A stretch of 52,763 nucleotides of DNA from Thermoplasmatota archaeon (GCA_049617695.1 JBMZJT010000005.1:2965-55727), one strand, 5' to 3'; shown: positions 34,387 to 44,895, counted from the first letter of the stretch. The notes: generated by a model from the letters alone, not told the origin. Made by a program: numbers and translations.

Positions 34387-35298
34387 ATGAGGTGGGTTGC
34401 TGCCATCTGCATCATTGGATTGCTGCTGGCTGGCTGTACGGAGGAAGCTGCGCCGACGCCTGCAGCACCTCAGCCGGTGGTTCCGACCACCCCGCCGTCA
34501 GAAGATCCCGGAATTCCCGTGACCAACGAGACGGAAACCTCCGTGTTCCCGATTACGTACAGTCACCAGGATTGCGAAGCCATTGTGTTCATTCACGCCG
34601 TGGATTTTGCGACGGCAAACCAGCTCCTGCCGTTGGGTTACACGGCGGCTGACATGGGCTACTTGATGGACCTGCCCGCCAACATCAACCTGGCCGCGAT
34701 TGGCCTCATCACGTACACCTGCCAAGAAGATGATCTCGGCGTCGGGGCCCACACGCAGGCGGCGCTGTCCGTTTTCATCAATGCCCCTGTTTTGGAAGGC
34801 GTCCAGGCCAGCCGCGAGGAGGTCTTCATCAACGTCTACGAACTGCATCGCTTCTTTTCGGATGACGCCCAAGCAGCGCGTTACCAATTGGCGGGGTGGA
34901 ACGTCACCACCGGCCTGACGGGAGGCGTTTCCAACGTCATCGCGCCGCCAGCCGATTTGGATGATCATCGATTGCCACAGCCGGGCAGTGGCGCCTCGGA
35001 AGGCATCCTCAACGGGACGCAACAATGGATTGGCGGTGTGTCGGGCGCGACGGGTTTCCGCCTGAAACATGAACAGGTCCGCTTTTGGCAGGAGACCCCA
35101 GACGGGGTCAGCATGGTTGGGTTTACGCTTGACAAGCATGGCCGGGGCGCCGTCAGCCTCTGTCAATACGCGGAAGGCAGCCTCATCGCGCAAACCATTG
35201 GGCGGACGTCATGCCAACCCGGCGAAAACTTCGGCTTGACCGTCTCGGACTTCAACGTCGTCGGGACCATCGAACACTTCCCTGGTGTCAGCGCTTGA
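34387..35298 (+). CDS. Lipoprotein of unknown function
   Basis: MRWVAA..LLAGC lipobox followed by a Pro-rich linker. Confidence 0.75.
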   Translation: MRWVAAICIIGLLLAGCTEEAAPTPAAPQPVVPTTPPSEDPGIPVTNETETSVFPITYSHQDCEAIVFIHAVDFATANQLLPLGYTAADMGYLMDLPANINLAAIGLITYTCQEDDLGVGAHTQAALSVFINAPVLEGVQASREEVFINVYELHRFFSDDAQAARYQLAGWNVTTGLTGGVSNVIAPPADLDDHRLPQPGSGASEGILNGTQQWIGGVSGATGFRLKHEQVRFWQETPDGVSMVGFTLDKHGRGAVSLCQYAEGSLIAQTIGRTSCQPGENFGLTVSDFNVVGTIEHFPGVSA

Positions 35299-37292
35299 AA
35301 CGCTGGCTCATCCTCCTGTTGCTGGTGCCCGTCGCGACCAGTGGACCGCAACACGAAGCGGCCATTCTCGAAGCCCACGTGGACGCCACGTTCCACCCGA
35401 ATCTGGACCCGGCGAGCATGCGCGAAATCTTCGACGTGCTTCCAGCCGGGCAGGGCAGTTCCGGCGAGGGCTGTCATCATGCGGGCACATTCCGTTATGA
35501 GCCTGGAAAATTCCAATTCCAGGAACAACGCGAAGAATCTGGTTGCGGCGAAGTGCAACTTGAGGTCGACATTCCGGAGGGCGTGGATGAAATTGGCATT
35601 CGCTTCTTGACGAACCGGGTCATCGATTATTCCAGTCAAGATGAGCGTCTGCAATTGACGCCGGACAATCCGCAACGGCTGCGCATCTATGACGAGCGCC
35701 GGGCCTTGGTGCAGGAATTCACCGTCTACCAGGACCGTGCACCGCACGCCGCTGCAGATGTCGAATACGCCATTGTCGTGCCGACCGACGATCTAGGTCG
35801 CAACATGACACTTGGCTGGTATTTTGAGGACACGGGCAGCGGCCTGGCGCCTCTTGTCGGCAGTCAAACGGGCCGCCAATTCACGGCCCGCGTCCATGAT
35901 GTTCGTATCACGTTACGCGACCTCCCGGTGGACATGGCGCCGCCGGAAACGGTGCAATCCATCGAGACCAACGACGTGATTCTTGACACGATGGAAGCTC
36001 GTGTGACGATTCCCGCGAACGTCGCCGGCCCCGACGCGTGGCTCACGGTGCGCCACCTTGGCATTGTCATGCCGGAGCGCGTTTGGTCACCCAATGGGAC
36101 CTTGATTGACGACTTCGAACAGATTGTCACGGGCACGCAGCATCAATTGCGGTTGCAGGCGGCCGAAGCCGGCACGTATGTGGTGGCATTCAGTGGCAGC
36201 ACGCCGGTCCCGATTGTGCCACCGCCGCCTCCGACGCGGATTCCTTGGCTTCTGGTTGCAGCCCTGTCGCTATGTGGCGCCTTGTACGTGACCGCCACCA
36301 CACACCAAGGCCTGTTCTACCGAGACCATGCCCAGCACCAGCGGCGCACGGCGCAACGCAAGAACGTGGAAATCGCCCTTCTCGGCTTGACATTGTCCGG
36401 CTTGACCGGGTACACCTTGGCCACGCAACGGCAGGCCATGACGACCCTCCCCATCGAAGGCGTCGCCCTCGGCCTCTACGCCTTGTTGGCCATTTTCGGC
36501 TTGCTCTGCATCATTCACCTCGGCATCGGCGTCTTGCGGCGCAGCTATGCACGGGAACTGCGCCACGCCGAAGAAGTCGAACAAGCCAATGCCGTCCTTG
36601 CACGCAGCAACCGCGACCTGGAACAATTTGCCTACGTCGCCAGTCACGACTTGCAAGAGCCCCTGCGCAAGGTCGCCAGCTTCACCAGCCTACTCGACCG
36701 CCGCTACGAGGACGCCCTGGACGATCGTGGGCGCAAGTACGTCCACAACGCCCACGACGCCGCCGTCCGGGCCCGGCAATTGATCCGCGACCTCTTGGCC
36801 TTCAGCCGCATTGGCCAAGACCACCCCAAGGAACCCACCGATCTCAACGATGTGCTGCGAGACGTGCGCCAGGACTTGGCCGCATCCATCAGGCAAGCCC
36901 ATGCCAGCGTCGTCGTCGAGGAACTACCCACCATTGACGGGTCGCCGTCGCTGCTGCAACAGTTGTTCACCAACCTGGTCGGCAACGCCATCAAGTACCG
37001 CCACCCAGACCGACACCCCGAGGTGCACATCGTGGCCACGAAGGGTCGCCATCACTGGACAATCCACGTGCGCGACAATGGCCTCGGCATCGCCAAAGAA
37101 CATCAAGCCCAGGTCTTCCAAATCTTCCAGCGACTCCATGGACGGGGTAGCCAATACGAAGGCAGCGGCATCGGATTGGCCATCTGCCAGCGCATCACAG
37201 AATTCCATGGCGGGGAAATCGGACTCACGTCCAAGGCGGACGTCGGCTCCGACTTTTATGTCACATTCCCCATCCGGAGGGCTGATGGCTGA
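35295..37292 (+). CDS. Membrane sensor histidine kinase with large extracellular domain (Cph1-like kinase core)
   Basis: TTG start inferred; LEQFAYVASHDLQEPLRKV H-box, NLVGNAIKY, DNGLGI, FQRLH, GSGIGLAIC. Confidence 0.9.
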   Translation: MKRWLILLLLVPVATSGPQHEAAILEAHVDATFHPNLDPASMREIFDVLPAGQGSSGEGCHHAGTFRYEPGKFQFQEQREESGCGEVQLEVDIPEGVDEIGIRFLTNRVIDYSSQDERLQLTPDNPQRLRIYDERRALVQEFTVYQDRAPHAAADVEYAIVVPTDDLGRNMTLGWYFEDTGSGLAPLVGSQTGRQFTARVHDVRITLRDLPVDMAPPETVQSIETNDVILDTMEARVTIPANVAGPDAWLTVRHLGIVMPERVWSPNGTLIDDFEQIVTGTQHQLRLQAAEAGTYVVAFSGSTPVPIVPPPPPTRIPWLLVAALSLCGALYVTATTHQGLFYRDHAQHQRRTAQRKNVEIALLGLTLSGLTGYTLATQRQAMTTLPIEGVALGLYALLAIFGLLCIIHLGIGVLRRSYARELRHAEEVEQANAVLARSNRDLEQFAYVASHDLQEPLRKVASFTSLLDRRYEDALDDRGRKYVHNAHDAAVRARQLIRDLLAFSRIGQDHPKEPTDLNDVLRDVRQDLAASIRQAHASVVVEELPTIDGSPSLLQQLFTNLVGNAIKYRHPDRHPEVHIVATKGRHHWTIHVRDNGLGIAKEHQAQVFQIFQRLHGRGSQYEGSGIGLAICQRITEFHGGEIGLTSKADVGSDFYVTFPIRRADG

Positions 37293-37776
37293 GGCGTCTG
37301 TTCGCATTGTGCCGTCGCAGCGGCATGCGGCGCTTCTGGCCGAGCAGGTTGCGCGCCTGCGCCAGGAAGGACCCGTGATTTTGGTCAGCTTCATGCGCAC
37401 CTGCGACCATTGGCGCAAGGAGTTGGGCGCCGGCGAAGATTTGTTCTTCGTGGACGTCACAGGACACGGACCGCCGGGGATCGCCTTCGGCGTCGATGTG
37501 CATTACGTGGATTCGCCGGTGAAGCTGGAGTTGGTGGCACTCGTGTTGGACCGCGTGGTGCGCCGACTCGGCGGCGGCCAAATCGTGATCGACGATTTGG
37601 GCACGGCCTGCATGGTCAACAACGTGGGCGCGACCGTTGAATTTGCGCATCTTCTCATCAATCGCAGTCGGCAACAAGGTTGCCCCCTGCACCTTTTCCT
37701 CTCCGACGCGGCGTCGCCTGCGTTGGCAGATGCCCTACGCGGCTTGGCCGTGGACAGCACGGAGACTTTGGCATGA
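37285..37776 (+). CDS. Degenerate RecA/KaiC-like domain protein (DUF835/DUF7504-like)
   Basis: Overlaps both neighbours; FFVD, SP..LE, IVIDDLGT pattern without a Walker A motif. Confidence 0.6.
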   Translation: MAEASVRIVPSQRHAALLAEQVARLRQEGPVILVSFMRTCDHWRKELGAGEDLFFVDVTGHGPPGIAFGVDVHYVDSPVKLELVALVLDRVVRRLGGGQIVIDDLGTACMVNNVGATVEFAHLLINRSRQQGCPLHLFLSDAASPALADALRGLAVDSTETLA

Positions 37777-38171
37777 AACTGGACATTCTGATTGTGGACG
37801 ACGACCCGGCCGACATCGACATGTTGACGGATTTCTTGGCGGAGGCGCCCTTTGAAGCCGTGTACACGACGGCAGCCGACGGCGGCGAGGGGCTGGCCCA
37901 ATTGCGCGAGCATACGCCAGACCTCGTGATCCTGGATCTGAACATGCCGCGCATGGGAGGCCACGAAATGTTGGCGGCCATGCAGGAAGACGCGCAGATG
38001 GCGAAGGTGCCAGTCGTGGTGCTGACGACGTCGGATCGCGACGAAGACGTGGAAGCCTCCTTCATGGGCAAGGCGAAGGCGTTTGTTACGAAGCCCCACG
38101 ACGTCGAGGGCTTCGAGGCGCTTTTGCAGCTGCTTGAGGACTTTGCACGGGCCTACGTCTGGAAGAAGTAG
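37773..38171 (+). CDS. Single-domain response regulator (Rcp1-like)
   Basis: ILIVDDD, PDLVILDLNMPRMGG, VVLTTS, FVTKP. Confidence 0.92.
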   Translation: MKLDILIVDDDPADIDMLTDFLAEAPFEAVYTTAADGGEGLAQLREHTPDLVILDLNMPRMGGHEMLAAMQEDAQMAKVPVVVLTTSDRDEDVEASFMGKAKAFVTKPHDVEGFEALLQLLEDFARAYVWKK

Positions 38172-38231
38172 GTTCACTGACCCCAACGTCCGGACTCACA
38201 ACCTCAAATGGCTTGTCCGACCTCCGTGCCC

Positions 38232-39440
38232 ATGATGAGCCTGGTCGAGGAGGAACTGGGAGGCCCGACGGTCTTCAAGGACCTGGCCAAACTGGATTTT
38301 GATTACGTCCCTGAGGAACTGCCCAATCGTGATGACGCCATCAAATTCCTGGCGCGCACCTACCGTGGCTTGACCCAGGGAGGCACCCGCGAACACGCAC
38401 TCCTTTGGGGGAGCGTCGGCACCGGGAAGACCGTGGTCGCCAAACGCTTCGCCCGAGACTTCCAAAGCGTCCTGCAGAAGCAAGGCAAGCGCTTCGAGTA
38501 CGTTCACGTCAACTGCCGCCGCCGCAAGAGCAGCAGCCTGGCCATGCTCGGCATCCTGAACCACTTCGAACCCCACTACCCCGAACGTGGTTTCAGTGTC
38601 GGCGAAATGATGCGCGACCTGCGCAAACACCTGGAACGCCGCGACTGCCACGTCATGGTCATCCTGGACGAGGTAGACGCCCTCCTGCGCGCCGACGGCA
38701 GCAACCTCGTCTACGACCTGACTCGATTCAACGACGAAGTCGGCCAACAATGGGTCGGCATCAGCCTCGTGCTGATCAGCCAACAAATGGTGCTGGACCA
38801 ACTTGACGACGCGGCACTCTCCACGTTCAAGCGCAGCAACGTCTACGAAACCCAGCCCTACGGAGGCGACCAGATTGAAGCCATCATCGAACAGCGCGTC
38901 GACCTGGCCTTCAATCCCGGCACCGTGGACCACGAAGTCGTCAGCCTGATTGGGGATATCGCCGGCGAGCAATCCGGCGGCCAAGGCGGCCCTGGTGACG
39001 CCCGTCTCGCCATTGAACTCCTTTGGAAAGCAGGCGTCCTAAGCGACGACGAACGCGCCGATCTGGTCGGACCAGAACAAGTCCGCGCCGCCAAGGCCGA
39101 GACGTACTCCGTCGTCACGGAAACCAAGCTGCGCAACCAGCCCAAGCATCCCTTGCTCGTCTTGCTGGCCCTCGCCCGGCGCCTGTCACGCGACAATGCA
39201 GCGTACGCAACCACGGGTGAAGTGGAGAAGGCCTACGCCCTCATCTGCGAGGAACACGACGAGACGCCGCGCGGCCACACCCAGTTCTGGAAGTACCTCA
39301 AGCAACTCCAGGACGCAGGATTCCTGTACGCCAAACTCAGCGGCAAAGGCCAGGCCGGCACCACCCAGTGGCTCAGCATTCCCGACATCCCAACCAAGAT
39401 CCTGGAAGCCAAGGTGCTGGAAATCCTGGGCGACCACTGA
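38232..39440 (+). CDS. cdc6: Orc1/Cdc6 replication initiation protein
   Basis: DYVPEELPNR, GSVGTGKT, VNC, ILDEVD, GDARLAIELL, C-terminal wHTH. Confidence 0.93.
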   Translation: MMSLVEEELGGPTVFKDLAKLDFDYVPEELPNRDDAIKFLARTYRGLTQGGTREHALLWGSVGTGKTVVAKRFARDFQSVLQKQGKRFEYVHVNCRRRKSSSLAMLGILNHFEPHYPERGFSVGEMMRDLRKHLERRDCHVMVILDEVDALLRADGSNLVYDLTRFNDEVGQQWVGISLVLISQQMVLDQLDDAALSTFKRSNVYETQPYGGDQIEAIIEQRVDLAFNPGTVDHEVVSLIGDIAGEQSGGQGGPGDARLAIELLWKAGVLSDDERADLVGPEQVRAAKAETYSVVTETKLRNQPKHPLLVLLALARRLSRDNAAYATTGEVEKAYALICEEHDETPRGHTQFWKYLKQLQDAGFLYAKLSGKGQAGTTQWLSIPDIPTKILEAKVLEILGDH

Positions 39441-39470
39441 ACTCAAGCACTCGACCCCCGTCCCCGCGCC

Positions 39471-42425
39471 GTGGTCCTGCTCAACGCCTCCAATTCGCAC
39501 CTGTTCTGGAAGGACAAGGATCCGGTCCCCCTGGAAGGCAAACATGCGGCGAACTTGCTGGCGTTTCCCAGGGGCGACGAAACCATGGCCGCCGCGCGCG
39601 AACGTCTCCTGGACCTCGTGGGCGAAGCCGGCGACGACCCCGACGCCCACCCATTGGCCAAGGTGCTCGAGATCGGCGAGCCGTTGCACTACGAATCGTT
39701 CTGGGATCATGGCCGCCGGCGTGAAGTCCTCCCCGTCGCCGCCAAGCGACCCTACTGGGTGCCCGACGTCTCGGACAGTCTGTTCTTCGACCATGGATTC
39801 TACACGGTCGAGCATGACATTCCGTACATCGAACGGACCCTGGCCGATTTGTGTGCCGAAAAGGATTGGTGGATGTGGGACACCAAGGGTCGCAAGCAGG
39901 ACCTCGATGTTCTGACATACGACATCGAGACGACGCAGTACGGCGAAGGCAAGCGCGAAGTCCCCGTCGACATGATTGGCTGGACCGATTTCTCGGTGCA
40001 ATACGAGGCAAGCAAAGACCTCGATACGGAGGCCTTCGACTTCCGATTCCACGACTTGCCGCAGGATTGGGCAGACCGCGAGATCGAACAACGCATCGCT
40101 CGCAACGTCGATGAGGAAATGGACATGCTGATGGAATTCACCCAGCATGCCGTTCGCTACGACCTCATCGCCGGCCACAACGTCCTGGGTTTCGACAACC
40201 TACAGATTCGCGAGCGCATCCGGACGTTCCTGCAACGCGACGAGAAGCAGCAGAACCTCAGCAAGGGCATGCGGGATTGGTTCCAGGAATTCACGAGCGT
40301 CTGGAGTCGTCGCGACCGCAGCTTCCACTTCGGCACCAGCAGCGACATCTGCGTTTGGCATCCCGTCACGCTGGACACATTCCACGCCGCCAGGAAGTTC
40401 TACTTCTTCCACGACGATTTCACCCTCAAAGGCCTCGCGCCGTGGCTCGGCGTCGACGTGCCCGGCCGCGTCTACATGGAGCCGGACCACATGAGCCTGA
40501 CCGACCCAAAGACGCTCGAGTACAACAAGCACGACGTCCAGGAACAGGTCGGCATCACGCAGATGCTCATCGCGCAGGCACTTCCACTGGCTTTCACGGT
40601 CAACATGCCCCTCGACAGTTTGCTGACCGGGGGCAACACGAAGATGTGGGACCACATGAGTCTCCTGCGCGCCCGTCGGCGCCGGCGCATCATGCCGGCC
40701 ACCTGCCGCGCTCAGGGAATCGCCCATGCCATTCATCGACACGTTGGCAAGAGCTTCCCGACCCGCGAGGAAGTCGCCGAGGCGGCGTTGTCCATCCCGG
40801 AATCGGATCGGCAATCCGCCAAGGAATTCATCCGCGTCGCCAAGCAAGGCCCCGAAATGCCGTTCTGGTGCGAACACCCGGGCATCATCGTGCGCCCCGG
40901 GGCACCAAAGGAAAATCCGCACGGCTATGCCATCGTGGGCGGCCTGACGCTGAAGCCCGACTCCGATCTTCAAAGCCATTTCACACCGTGGTACCACGTC
41001 GTCGAAGCCGACGTCGGAGCCATGTATCCAACGATTCTCAAGGCCCGCAACCTGACCGCTGACACCGTCCAACCAGCCAAGGCCGACGAAGAGGCCGACG
41101 ACTGGATTTGGCTCATGGATCTCGATCCTGAATTCACCCAAAGTGGCCGATACCAGGTTCGCAAAGCGACCGAGGATGACGACTTCACCGGCGGCCGCGG
41201 ATGGCTCATCGGTGTCAAACACGCCAAGGAACCCGGCACCGTCAACCAAGCGATGACCGGCATCCTGCACACAATTCAGCAGGTCAAGGACGCCCGCGCC
41301 CGGGCCAAGCGGGAAGGCGCCAGCAAGGACGACATTCGCATTCTGGACATGACCTACGCCAGCCTCAAGGCGGCGCGCAACGCAGGCACCCACGGCATCC
41401 TGGTGGCGGTCAATGTGAGTTGCCGCCAGTTCAATGTCTGGGGTGGCGCCAACATCACGACGATTGGCCAGCAAGTTCTGCATGACACGCGCCGTGAATT
41501 CGAGAAGAAAGGCATCCGCGTGGTGTATGGCGACACGGACGGCATCTACCTGGGTTGCAGCAAGTCCGCTGGCAACCTGCCGCACCTGGCGGCGGCGCTG
41601 GGCGCAGACGTCGAACCAGAATCTGACAAATGGATCACGCTCCCCGACGCCGCCGTCGGGGCCGTGCAGGAAGCCAACGACAAGTGGCGCAAGGCCCTCA
41701 ATTATGATGACTTCGAGCTGGAGGCCGAGCAATATGATGCCATGGTCTTCGTGGTGCACAAGAACTACCTGAAGTTCAAGGCCAAGGGCGACGACGTCGT
41801 TCTGGAGACCAAGGGCAACAACTTCAAGGGCAGCGACAAGGCGCCGCTGGCCCAGCGCCTCTTGGGCCCGATCATGAAGCAAGCCCTGGCCGACGTGGCG
41901 CAGTGGGACGAGGAAGAGGATGCCCGCGAACGCATGAAGAGCGCCATCAAGCGGGCGACGCGGGACGCCGTGCAGGAGCTAAAACTCGGGGACATCGGGC
42001 AACACGACATCGTCTTGACGCAGAAAGTCGCCCCGATTCGAGGGTACAAGCCCAACGCCGACGGCAGCCTCAGCACCTTCGCCGTGCGGACCGCCGCCAT
42101 CGAGCATTTGCTTGGTGAGCAGATCACCGCCGCTCGGAAGTTCAAGTTCATTGTCTGCAAGGATCCCTTGCCCCTGTATCACAACCCGCAGGAACAAGAA
42201 CGGGTGCGGCAGCACATGGCGAACCAAGGTTACAACTTGGTCGTCAAGAAGCCCCGCAAGGCGAGCATCAAGCCCATTGAGTACATGTGGCCGGCCGAGA
42301 AGGTCGAGGACCACATGATTGACTTCCAGTGGTACAAGGATATGGTCGAGGCGTACATCAAGGGCGCATTCGGCTTTGATTCACTGGAGTTGGCAGTGCA
42401 GCGGGATCTCAGCTCCTGGTTCTGA
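39471..42425 (+). CDS. polB: Family B DNA polymerase (divergent)
   Basis: Exo I DIET, Exo II GHNVLGFD, Exo III YNKHD; Pol A DVGAMYPTI, Pol B KAARNAGTHG, Pol C YGDTDG. Confidence 0.9.
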   Translation: MVLLNASNSHLFWKDKDPVPLEGKHAANLLAFPRGDETMAAARERLLDLVGEAGDDPDAHPLAKVLEIGEPLHYESFWDHGRRREVLPVAAKRPYWVPDVSDSLFFDHGFYTVEHDIPYIERTLADLCAEKDWWMWDTKGRKQDLDVLTYDIETTQYGEGKREVPVDMIGWTDFSVQYEASKDLDTEAFDFRFHDLPQDWADREIEQRIARNVDEEMDMLMEFTQHAVRYDLIAGHNVLGFDNLQIRERIRTFLQRDEKQQNLSKGMRDWFQEFTSVWSRRDRSFHFGTSSDICVWHPVTLDTFHAARKFYFFHDDFTLKGLAPWLGVDVPGRVYMEPDHMSLTDPKTLEYNKHDVQEQVGITQMLIAQALPLAFTVNMPLDSLLTGGNTKMWDHMSLLRARRRRRIMPATCRAQGIAHAIHRHVGKSFPTREEVAEAALSIPESDRQSAKEFIRVAKQGPEMPFWCEHPGIIVRPGAPKENPHGYAIVGGLTLKPDSDLQSHFTPWYHVVEADVGAMYPTILKARNLTADTVQPAKADEEADDWIWLMDLDPEFTQSGRYQVRKATEDDDFTGGRGWLIGVKHAKEPGTVNQAMTGILHTIQQVKDARARAKREGASKDDIRILDMTYASLKAARNAGTHGILVAVNVSCRQFNVWGGANITTIGQQVLHDTRREFEKKGIRVVYGDTDGIYLGCSKSAGNLPHLAAALGADVEPESDKWITLPDAAVGAVQEANDKWRKALNYDDFELEAEQYDAMVFVVHKNYLKFKAKGDDVVLETKGNNFKGSDKAPLAQRLLGPIMKQALADVAQWDEEEDARERMKSAIKRATRDAVQELKLGDIGQHDIVLTQKVAPIRGYKPNADGSLSTFAVRTAAIEHLLGEQITAARKFKFIVCKDPLPLYHNPQEQERVRQHMANQGYNLVVKKPRKASIKPIEYMWPAEKVEDHMIDFQWYKDMVEAYIKGAFGFDSLELAVQRDLSSWF

Positions 42426-42461
42426 CAACCTTAAGTCCCAACCCCCACCTCGCCACCGCAT

Positions 42462-42656
42462 ATGGCCCGGTTCAAGGCCCAGCGCGGCCTCGCCAGCACC
42501 CTTCTGTACGTCCTGACCGCCGCATGGCTTGGCCTGTGGATCTTTGGTTGGATCAGTGGCGAGCAAGGCCTCGCCCAGCCTGCCTTCTACGTTTTCTGGA
42601 CGTTCCTCGCGGCGACCCTCGTCTTTGCAGGCCTGCGCGGCGCCATCGAAGAATAA
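42462..42656 (+). CDS. Small two-TM membrane protein
   Basis: Two hydrophobic segments; CTTAAG about 30 bp upstream. Confidence 0.55.
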   Translation: MARFKAQRGLASTLLYVLTAAWLGLWIFGWISGEQGLAQPAFYVFWTFLAATLVFAGLRGAIEE

Positions 42657-42701
42657 CACCGGCATCGTCGCCTCTTTGTGGGGCGCCTCGTGTCGCGGCC
42701 T

Positions 42702-43169
42702 GTGCGCCACTGGCTGATGAAGTCCGAACCGGACGTCTATTCCATCGACGACCTGCAGCGTGACGGCTCGACCCATTGGGACGGCATCCGCAACTACCAG
42801 GCTCGCAATTTGATGCGAGACGAGATGAAGGTCGGCGACAAGGTGTTGTTCTACCATTCCAACGCCAAGCCGCCCGGCGCCATTGGCATCGCCACAGTCT
42901 GTAAGGAAGCGTACCCAGACCACACCCAGTTCGAGCCGGGCACGAAGTACTTCGACCCCAAGGCAGACCCGGACAATCCGCCGTGGCTCATGGTCGATAT
43001 CGCGTACGAAGCGCACTTGCCGCGGCTTGTCTCCATCACAGAAATGAAGGCCAATCCCAAGCTCGACGAGATGGCCGTGACGCAGCGGTTCCAACGCCTC
43101 AGCGTCCAGCCGGTCCGTCCCGAGGAATGGGATGAGGTCCTGGCGATGGCTGAGCGCGATCCCGCTTAG
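42702..43169 (+). CDS. EVE domain protein
   Basis: WLMKSEP..YSIDDL, WDGIRNYQARN, FYHS, RLSVQPV. Confidence 0.93.
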   Translation: MRHWLMKSEPDVYSIDDLQRDGSTHWDGIRNYQARNLMRDEMKVGDKVLFYHSNAKPPGAIGIATVCKEAYPDHTQFEPGTKYFDPKADPDNPPWLMVDIAYEAHLPRLVSITEMKANPKLDEMAVTQRFQRLSVQPVRPEEWDEVLAMAERDPA

Positions 43170-43942
43170 CCGAGGATTGTCTGGCGGTAGGTCCTGCGGT
43201 TGATCAGGGCCAACAAGCCTCCGATGATCAGGGCCAAGCCGAGACCGATGGCCAGATCCGGCAATGCATCGGCCCAGCCTTCGAACATCAGATCTCGCAG
43301 GCCGACGATCACGTAGTTGACCGGGTTGAAGTCGATGATCGTCTGCAGCCAATCGGGCAGCAACGCGCCAGGCATGAACGCCTCACTCAGGAACAAGAGC
43401 ACGAAGAAGAGCGGGAAGACGCTCTGGGTCGCTTGATCGCTGCGAGTCTTCATGGCGAGAATCATGACGGCGAGGCCAGTTGTCAGCAAGCCGAATAGGA
43501 CGCCGACGAGAATCATGACGACGGCGCCGACCGCGCCGGTTTCCACGCGCGCTCCGAGGGCGACGGCGAGCAAGAGAATGATGAGTGCCTGGCCGCCGAC
43601 GCGCGTGGATTCTGCCAGAAGGCGGGCGAAGATGACGCCGGCGGGGCTGGCTGGGGTGGTGCGCAGTTTGTCGAAGTAACCTGTGCGCAGGTCGACGATG
43701 AACGCGGCACTGCTGTTGGCCATGCCGAGGACGGCAGTCAGGAGGATGATGGCTGGCGCGATGAATTCGTAGTAGCTGTCGGCGACGCCGTTGTAGGGGT
43801 GCCCAGGCGTGTCGAGGGTGTTGCTAAAGACGCTGCCAAAGAGGAGCAATTGGATGATGGGCATCGCGATGCCAAACACCAAGACGACTGGAATGCGCGG
43901 CATTTGGCGCATGTTGCGCGCATAGAGTTGCCAGAAACTCAC
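43166..43942 (-). CDS. ABC-2 type permease (DrrB-like)
   Basis: Six TMs; D..G.FDKLRTTP; LP.WLQ.I..FNP..Y. Confidence 0.88.
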   Translation of the reverse strand: MSFWQLYARNMRQMPRIPVVLVFGIAMPIIQLLLFGSVFSNTLDTPGHPYNGVADSYYEFIAPAIILLTAVLGMANSSAAFIVDLRTGYFDKLRTTPASPAGVIFARLLAESTRVGGQALIILLLAVALGARVETGAVGAVVMILVGVLFGLLTTGLAVMILAMKTRSDQATQSVFPLFFVLLFLSEAFMPGALLPDWLQTIIDFNPVNYVIVGLRDLMFEGWADALPDLAIGLGLALIIGGLLALINRRTYRQTILG

Positions 43943-44895
43943 AGGGACCCCTCCTCACCGAGGCGTTCGCCTGTGTAGCGCAGGAACGCATCATCGAGTG
44001 TGGGCGTGACGACTTTGGTGCTGCGCACGCCGAGGCCGACTTGATCCACGATGCGCAGCGCAGGCAGGAGGCTGGCGCCGCCGTCGGGGACTTGAATGTG
44101 CATGTGGCCGTCGTCAAAGCGGGACGGAACTTTGCGAAAGGCATGACGCAATCGCTGGCGTTGTTCATCCGTCGGTTCTCGATTGAAGGCGACGTCGATG
44201 GTGTCGGCGCCGACGCTGCGCTTGAGGCCTTCGGGGGTGTCGATGGCGGCGATGCGACCTTTGGCCATGATTGCGATGCGGTCGCACAATTTGTCGGCCT
44301 CCTCCATGTAGTGGGTGCTCATGATGACCGTGAGGCCTTTGTCGCGACGCAATCGACGCAGGACGTCCCAAAGTTCCTGGCGGCTTTGCGGGTCCAGGCC
44401 CGTCGTGGGTTCGTCCAGGAACAAGACGTCTGGTTCGTGGATGATGCTGACGGCCAAGTCGAGGCGTCGCTGCATGCCGCCGCTGAAGGCGCTGACGCGG
44501 CGACGGGCGTGTTGGCTCAGGTCAAAGGTCCGCAGGAGCTCGGCCGCGCGCTTCTTGGCTTCGGCTTTGGAAATGCCGTGGATGCGGGCATGGAACACCA
44601 GCATCTCTTCGGCGGTGGCAAGGTCGTCGATGCCGACTTCTTGCATGGCAAATCCAATGCGCCGCCGAATCGCACCTGCTTGCTTGCCGACGTCGTGCCC
44701 GAGGACGCGGGCCGCGCCGCCCGTGGCATGGTGAAGGGTTCCCAGGATGTGCATGGTCGTCGTTTTGCCCGCGCCGTTGGGGCCGAGCAAACCGAAGATC
44801 TCCCCCTTGCGGACCTCAAAGCTGACGCCTTGGACGGCGTGGGTGCCGTCTTGGTACGTCTTTTGCAGATCGCGAACCTGGATGACCGGTTCCAT
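43939..44895 (-). CDS. ABC transporter ATP-binding protein (DrrA-like)
   Basis: GPNGAGKT, FSGGMQRRL, LDEPTTGLD, TH, PTLDDAFL.YTG. Confidence 0.93.
   Translation of the reverse strand: MEPVIQVRDLQKTYQDGTHAVQGVSFEVRKGEIFGLLGPNGAGKTTTMHILGTLHHATGGAARVLGHDVGKQAGAIRRRIGFAMQEVGIDDLATAEEMLVFHARIHGISKAEAKKRAAELLRTFDLSQHARRRVSAFSGGMQRRLDLAVSIIHEPDVLFLDEPTTGLDPQSRQELWDVLRRLRRDKGLTVIMSTHYMEEADKLCDRIAIMAKGRIAAIDTPEGLKRSVGADTIDVAFNREPTDEQRQRLRHAFRKVPSRFDDGHMHIQVPDGGASLLPALRIVDQVGLGVRSTKVVTPTLDDAFLRYTGERLGEEGSL

Noticed and set aside
38172-38231. Replication origin adjacent to cdc6
   Set aside because: Intergenic gaps on both sides of cdc6 are short, with no ORB-like box or AT-rich unwinding element
39471-42425. 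Intein in the long PolB
   Set aside because: No intein splice-junction or LAGLIDADG motifs seen and the polymerase motifs are uninterrupted
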